Shown: one piece after another, positions 59,986 to 64,000 of the stretch
Numbering within the stretch: position 1 is the stretch's first letter
Layout of the letters: each line of letters opens with the position of its first letter
NCBI GenBank assembly: GCA_964529415.1
Contig: CAZGWD010000002.1
Coordinates: 30,089-94,088, forward strand
Direction of reading: 5' to 3'
DNA from: an uncultured Leptospirales bacterium
GTDB taxonomy: Bacteria; Spirochaetota; UBA4802; UBA5550
Length of the DNA: 64,000 nt
Position numbers and translations under genes: made by a program
Notes under the pieces: generated by a model
What the model saw: only the letters and a program-made list of their open reading frames with translations
What the model was told of the DNA's origin: nothing
Database searches by the model: none

Positions 59986-61776
59986 GTGAAAAAAATTTCC
60001 CTGCTTTTCATTTTAGCGATTATTCTGACAGGAGAACTTTCATACCCGGAAGAGTCCTGGATAATCCCGATGGACAGTCCCTATTACAAACAGGCTGAGG
60101 AACTTTTCCTGAACAGCGGACGGAATGCCCCTTATGAGGAAATGCCTCTTGTTGCAGACGAGCTCAAGGCCGGGCTTTCTGATATAAACAAGGAATCCCA
60201 GGATGAAATTGAAGCAGCAAAAGCAAGGGATCTGAACGATAAGATCAAACTCCCGTTTAAAAATCTCGCCCCGATTCTCGAATTCGGATTAAATTTCGGA
60301 TTTAACAATGAAACAGGCAGGATGAATTTTATATATAAACCGCAGGGGAAATATGATAATGGTGGAACGACACCAACAATTCCACCATATAATTTAGTTA
60401 CACATCCCGGGGCTCCAGAAAGGTTCCTTGATTATAAACAAATATATCAGACTCAAGCAGTGCCATCTCTGATTACAACAGGTCTTATTGCACAGAAGTG
60501 GGGAATATCAATCTGTATAGTACCTGAAATCCGTCCTGCAATGAGCCAGATTCTGACAGATTACAGTTTCATGAACTTTCCTACACAGGACCCGAAAAAA
60601 TTCGACTTAAATGTTCCATACAGAGGCGTACTCGCGCTGTATAAAGATCCTGTGGAAATCCGTTTCGGAAGGGACAAGCTCCAGCTCGGTCCGGGCAGGT
60701 GGAGCTCACTTATGGTGAATAAAAATATTCCTTACAATGATTTTATAAAGTTCAGGTTATTCATGAAATACTTTTCGTTTTCTTTTTATTTCATATCACT
60801 CAATGCGCAGATTACAGCAGAGGAAAGCGCATATATGAATCTGATGTATAATAATCCGACATTGTATCCAAATCCTGAAAAAAACGGATCCCTGAATGGC
60901 GCCACATACAATATGAGGTCTAAAAACCTTGTTGCAAGCAAGTGGACTTTCACACCAGCAGACTGGGCAGCATTCAGCCTTACACAGTACAACCTCATCG
61001 GCGGACGCGATCCGCATATAACTGACTTCAATCCGTTTATAATTTTTCACAACATTTACGCTGAAGGAGTCTACAGCGTGCCGATTTCACTGACAGCAAC
61101 ATTTACGCCCTACAAGGGAATTAAAATTTACGGGGAATTTCTCTTTTATGACGCATCAGTGGGAGATGAAGCAAGCGGGCCGGACTCGAACGGTTTTGCA
61201 GCAGCATACCAGATCGGTCTTACACTTTTATCAAATCCATTTTTCCAGGCAGGGCCAGGCAGGTTCAGGCTTGATGCGGAATTTTCATGGACAGATCCGT
61301 GGGTTTACGGAAAATTTTATTCTTTAAGGCAGTTTACATCGAGGATAATTCAAGTTGAGCCTTTCGGCGACAGATACATGATTGATTACCCGCTCGGATT
61401 TTATCTCGGCCCGGACGCATTTGAAATAGATGTAGCTCTCGCATACGGAACTCCTGACAATTGGGAAATTGAGCTTCTATGGCAGAGGCAGGCAAAGGGA
61501 GTAGTTAATATGTACGGATTCGGTGCGGATAATGATTACGGAAATTACGGAGTGAATGGAGTGCCGCTTGCCAATGCAGCAACACCAACAGGATCAGCGC
61601 GCGGCTCAGCTGAATGGACTGATTCAATTAAGCTTTCATTTACCATTTATCCGGTAAACGGCCTTAAAGTATGGACATGGTATCAGTTTAAACATGTTGA
61701 GAACAGATTCAACATCACAGGTTATACAGGGAATTATCATCAAGTCGGAGCAAGTGCGACATATAAACTGTATTGA
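59986..61776 (+). CDS. Secreted/outer-membrane protein, unknown family
   Basis: Signal peptide. The C-terminal half has alternating beta-strand patterns ending in an aromatic residue (ATYKLY). Confidence 0.45.
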   Translation: MKKISLLFILAIILTGELSYPEESWIIPMDSPYYKQAEELFLNSGRNAPYEEMPLVADELKAGLSDINKESQDEIEAAKARDLNDKIKLPFKNLAPILEFGLNFGFNNETGRMNFIYKPQGKYDNGGTTPTIPPYNLVTHPGAPERFLDYKQIYQTQAVPSLITTGLIAQKWGISICIVPEIRPAMSQILTDYSFMNFPTQDPKKFDLNVPYRGVLALYKDPVEIRFGRDKLQLGPGRWSSLMVNKNIPYNDFIKFRLFMKYFSFSFYFISLNAQITAEESAYMNLMYNNPTLYPNPEKNGSLNGATYNMRSKNLVASKWTFTPADWAAFSLTQYNLIGGRDPHITDFNPFIIFHNIYAEGVYSVPISLTATFTPYKGIKIYGEFLFYDASVGDEASGPDSNGFAAAYQIGLTLLSNPFFQAGPGRFRLDAEFSWTDPWVYGKFYSLRQFTSRIIQVEPFGDRYMIDYPLGFYLGPDAFEIDVALAYGTPDNWEIELLWQRQAKGVVNMYGFGADNDYGNYGVNGVPLANAATPTGSARGSAEWTDSIKLSFTIYPVNGLKVWTWYQFKHVENRFNITGYTGNYHQVGASATYKLY

Positions 61777-61780
61777 GAAA

Positions 61781-61999
61781 TCAAACTGCTCTTGCGTGAA
61801 GTATTTCTTTTGATTCAAAATTTCTAAGATCATCTTTATTTAAGGTCATTAAAGCAATTGTGTGTCCATCTGCTGAACAGAATTCAACTTCAAAAGCATT
61901 TGGTTTTTTATAAATATGAACTATTGCACCGACATCACCTTTCTTCAATCCATATTCAGAAATATCTTTTTCAAGAACAACAAGATCATGCTCTTTCAT
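61781..61999 (-). CDS. DUF4926-like small protein
   Basis: The start is moved to the internal ATG, giving TAAaATG coupling to the upstream gene. MKEHDLVVLEKDISEYGLKKGDVGAIVHIYKKPNAFEVEF fits the DUF4926 pattern. Confidence 0.5.
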   Translation of the reverse strand: MKEHDLVVLEKDISEYGLKKGDVGAIVHIYKKPNAFEVEFCSADGHTIALMTLNKDDLRNFESKEILHARAV

Positions 62000-62000
62000 T

Positions 62001-62336
62001 TTAAACCTCTTTTGGATAAGCTGTAATAAATCTTGGTATCGTTGTATTATTTTCAACAATCCAAATAGTTTCTATAAAATAAGTTTTAGAATTTCTTACG
62101 ATCTCACCAATAATAATATATTTAATCCCATATAAAGATTCAATGATTTTTTCTATCTCATTATTGCAAGCAAACTCAAATAATATTTCTTTTAATTCTA
62201 TATAATTAAATTCATTAAATCCAATTTTGTCGAAAAAATAAGCTTTACCGAAACTCACTGGATTTGATTTGTTAAATAAATATTTGAGAATTTTATCATC
62301 GTCAATTATACAATTTTTAGAATTTGGTAATTTCAT
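62001..62336 (-). CDS. Small protein partner of the DUF4926 gene, unknown function
   Basis: 111 aa, 4 nt after the upstream large gene and 1 nt before the DUF4926 start. Confidence 0.45.
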   Translation of the reverse strand: MKLPNSKNCIIDDDKILKYLFNKSNPVSFGKAYFFDKIGFNEFNYIELKEILFEFACNNEIEKIIESLYGIKYIIIGEIVRNSKTYFIETIWIVENNTTIPRFITAYPKEV

Positions 62337-62340
62337 TAAT

Positions 62341-64000
62341 CTAAAACTTAACCTCAGTGCTCACATATAAAAAATTAGACGTCTGATTCAGTCCTGATTG
62401 CGGCCCCATTGCTGTGGCTGTTGCAGTGCCTGAAGCAATTGTCAGTGACTTGTTCCAAATCTGCTGAAATATATAACCAATCTTGAATGAAAGCTCAACA
62501 TATTTAAAAGGAAAGTTGAAGGACAATTCCAAACCTGCCTGGAGAGTGTATTCCATAACTGCCTGATTTAATGTTCTGGCCGGAGTATAAAACGTAACCA
62601 CTCCATTATTTGTCCAGCCGTCATCCCATACTGTTCCATCACCTATTATACCTGTATTTCCAACTGTATTGTACACATCAGCTGACGCATTGCCATGTCT
62701 CATGAATGTGGCAAATATATCAATATCAAGCCAGGATGCAGGCATGACATATGCTTTCAGGCTGAATCTGTCGGAATTCGGCTCCATCGCGCTTCCGAGA
62801 TTCGTTCCGTTATGGGTATAATTAAGATATGGAGTAGGCACCTGAGCTGCCGGTGCTGCAACCTGACCTACATGTGTGTACATATATTGTGAAATTATCT
62901 GATAATCAAAACTCAGCCTTTTGAATACTGCAGAATCAGGAGTCCAGGAAATGCCTGCCTGTATAGCATACTTGTTCTGCGCATTATTTAAATTCAAGCC
63001 TGATCCATTTACCTTGCTGAACAAATTCCAGTCATCAATAAACGCAATAAAATCAATCCCGATATTAGCCGGCAGCCTCAATTTGAAATATACGCCCATC
63101 TGCGAGTTATTATATCCGCCAGCCTGTTCCTGTGTGTAGAAAACATATTGAATTGGAATTAAAAATTCCGGATGAAGCGCTCCTCCGCCGATTACTGACT
63201 GCATCAGCCCGAGATCAAGCCAGTCTGCAATATGCGCTTCAATTGTATGAACTATCAGATATTTCATGATATTTTCAGAAGCGTATGTATTCAGCTGATA
63301 AGGCAAGCCGGGAGTACCCGACTTCTGGGCATATTGTTTAGCAATCAGGCTTAAAAAAACTGAATTAACAGTGATCCAGTCGCCCCTGTAGGCTAATGCA
63401 AAATGTCCGGCGCCCGGAGCCTGGGGGCCTATTACCGGGCCATTCTCAAAAAAAGGTCCGTAGGTAGAACGCCAGAATCCTGCTGAAAAATAGAACCTAT
63501 CAGTTCCAATAAAAAATCCGCCTTCGCCGAGGTGTCCTATATCTACAGCACCCACTCCGGCTCCGCCAGAATTATAATCATCAACAAAAAGTGTTCTTGA
63601 ATTTTGCGGGAAAAAGCCCTGGCCCAGGTTATTCTGCGCTGCAATAGAAAGCTTTCCTGTATAGGAAACTATATCATTGAAAACAAGTCCTGCAGTGTCA
63701 ATCTTGCCTCCGCCATACCAGTACATGTCTTTGATGTCTGTTATGAGTCCGGCAATAGCGGAATAATAAATCGGAGCAGGCAGATTTTTCCCTTTAATAG
63801 TCAGTATATCCGCACCGGGAGTAGTAATAAGGTTATAATATCTCTCAGCTATTTCAACATCATCAGGCGAGCCCTTCTCCTTTACTTCAGCAAGAAGTTT
63901 CTTCAGAAGCTGCAATGGATAAGGCCGCACAGGAGGCAGCTGTTTGATATACCCCTTATCCTGCCAGATAGTCAGATATCTGTATATCCTGTGATTATTA
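62341..64000 (-). CDS. Large secreted/outer-membrane protein, partial (the N-terminus lies beyond the window end)
   Basis: The reading frame stays open to position 64000. The track's MRPYPLQ start is a GTG. The C-terminus ends ...YVSTEVKF, the terminal Phe typical of OM beta-barrels. Confidence 0.45.
   Translation of the reverse strand, partial: NNHRIYRYLTIWQDKGYIKQLPPVRPYPLQLLKKLLAEVKEKGSPDDVEIAERYYNLITTPGADILTIKGKNLPAPIYYSAIAGLITDIKDMYWYGGGKIDTAGLVFNDIVSYTGKLSIAAQNNLGQGFFPQNSRTLFVDDYNSGGAGVGAVDIGHLGEGGFFIGTDRFYFSAGFWRSTYGPFFENGPVIGPQAPGAGHFALAYRGDWITVNSVFLSLIAKQYAQKSGTPGLPYQLNTYASENIMKYLIVHTIEAHIADWLDLGLMQSVIGGGALHPEFLIPIQYVFYTQEQAGGYNNSQMGVYFKLRLPANIGIDFIAFIDDWNLFSKVNGSGLNLNNAQNKYAIQAGISWTPDSAVFKRLSFDYQIISQYMYTHVGQVAAPAAQVPTPYLNYTHNGTNLGSAMEPNSDRFSLKAYVMPASWLDIDIFATFMRHGNASADVYNTVGNTGIIGDGTVWDDGWTNNGVVTFYTPARTLNQAVMEYTLQAGLELSFNFPFKYVELSFKIGYIFQQIWNKSLTIASGTATATAMGPQSGLNQTSNFLYVSTEVKF

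Noticed and set aside
62341-63930. Track ORF called as a complete 529-aa protein starting MRPYPLQ
   Set aside because: The start is a GTG translated as M. The frame remains open upstream to the window edge, so the gene is partial and longer.
1-64000. CRISPR arrays, IS elements, integrases and prophage genes
   Set aside because: No regularly spaced direct repeats were seen, and no transposase, integrase or phage structural motifs. The only repeat-like features are the short elements at 43540-43690 and 58855-58968.

Overview
This is an AT-rich bacterial chromosomal segment that is densely coded on both strands, with no transposase, integrase, CRISPR or rRNA signal. It splits into a signalling- and envelope-rich accessory half (1 to about 40 kb) and a conserved core half (40.4 to 54.7 kb).

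The accessory half carries a histidine kinase running off the window start, a LivJ-type binding protein, two membrane PP2C/SpoIIE phosphatases with 7TM sensor modules, and an AraC regulator on a 7TMR-DISM receptor. It also has a CzcA-type RND pump with a TolC-like channel but no adaptor. Further downstream are an Lgt-CPBP fusion, a secreted protein paired with a PKD protein, a Cache sensor ending in a zinc ribbon, a coupled radical-SAM and PLP-enzyme pair, and a HisKA_2 kinase.

The core half is a complete division and cell-wall cluster on the minus strand, in the order mraZ-rsmH-ftsL-murE-murF-mraY-murD-ftsW-murG-murC-ftsQ-ftsA-ftsZ. It lacks ftsI, and it is interrupted between ftsQ and murC by GC-rich hairpins and a palindromic tandem repeat. 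A tRNA-Gly(UCC) follows, then a STAS anti-sigma antagonist, an alpha/beta hydrolase, an SGL-type propeller lipoprotein, an M23 peptidase, and two large putative outer-membrane proteins that flank a DUF4926-type small-protein pair.

The most unusual feature is a tight six-gene operon at 23.9 to 29.6 kb, likely a previously undescribed enzyme system. It encodes two 2-hydroxyacyl-CoA dehydratase / benzoyl-CoA reductase family (HGD-D) subunits and two tandem HgdC/BcrAD-type activase ATPases. One of the two has a degenerate nucleotide motif. Fused to these are a Cys-rich 258-aa protein and a CooC-type metallocentre-insertion ATPase with a CxC motif. This predicts a four-subunit ATP-dependent radical reductase with its own metallocluster maturation factor.
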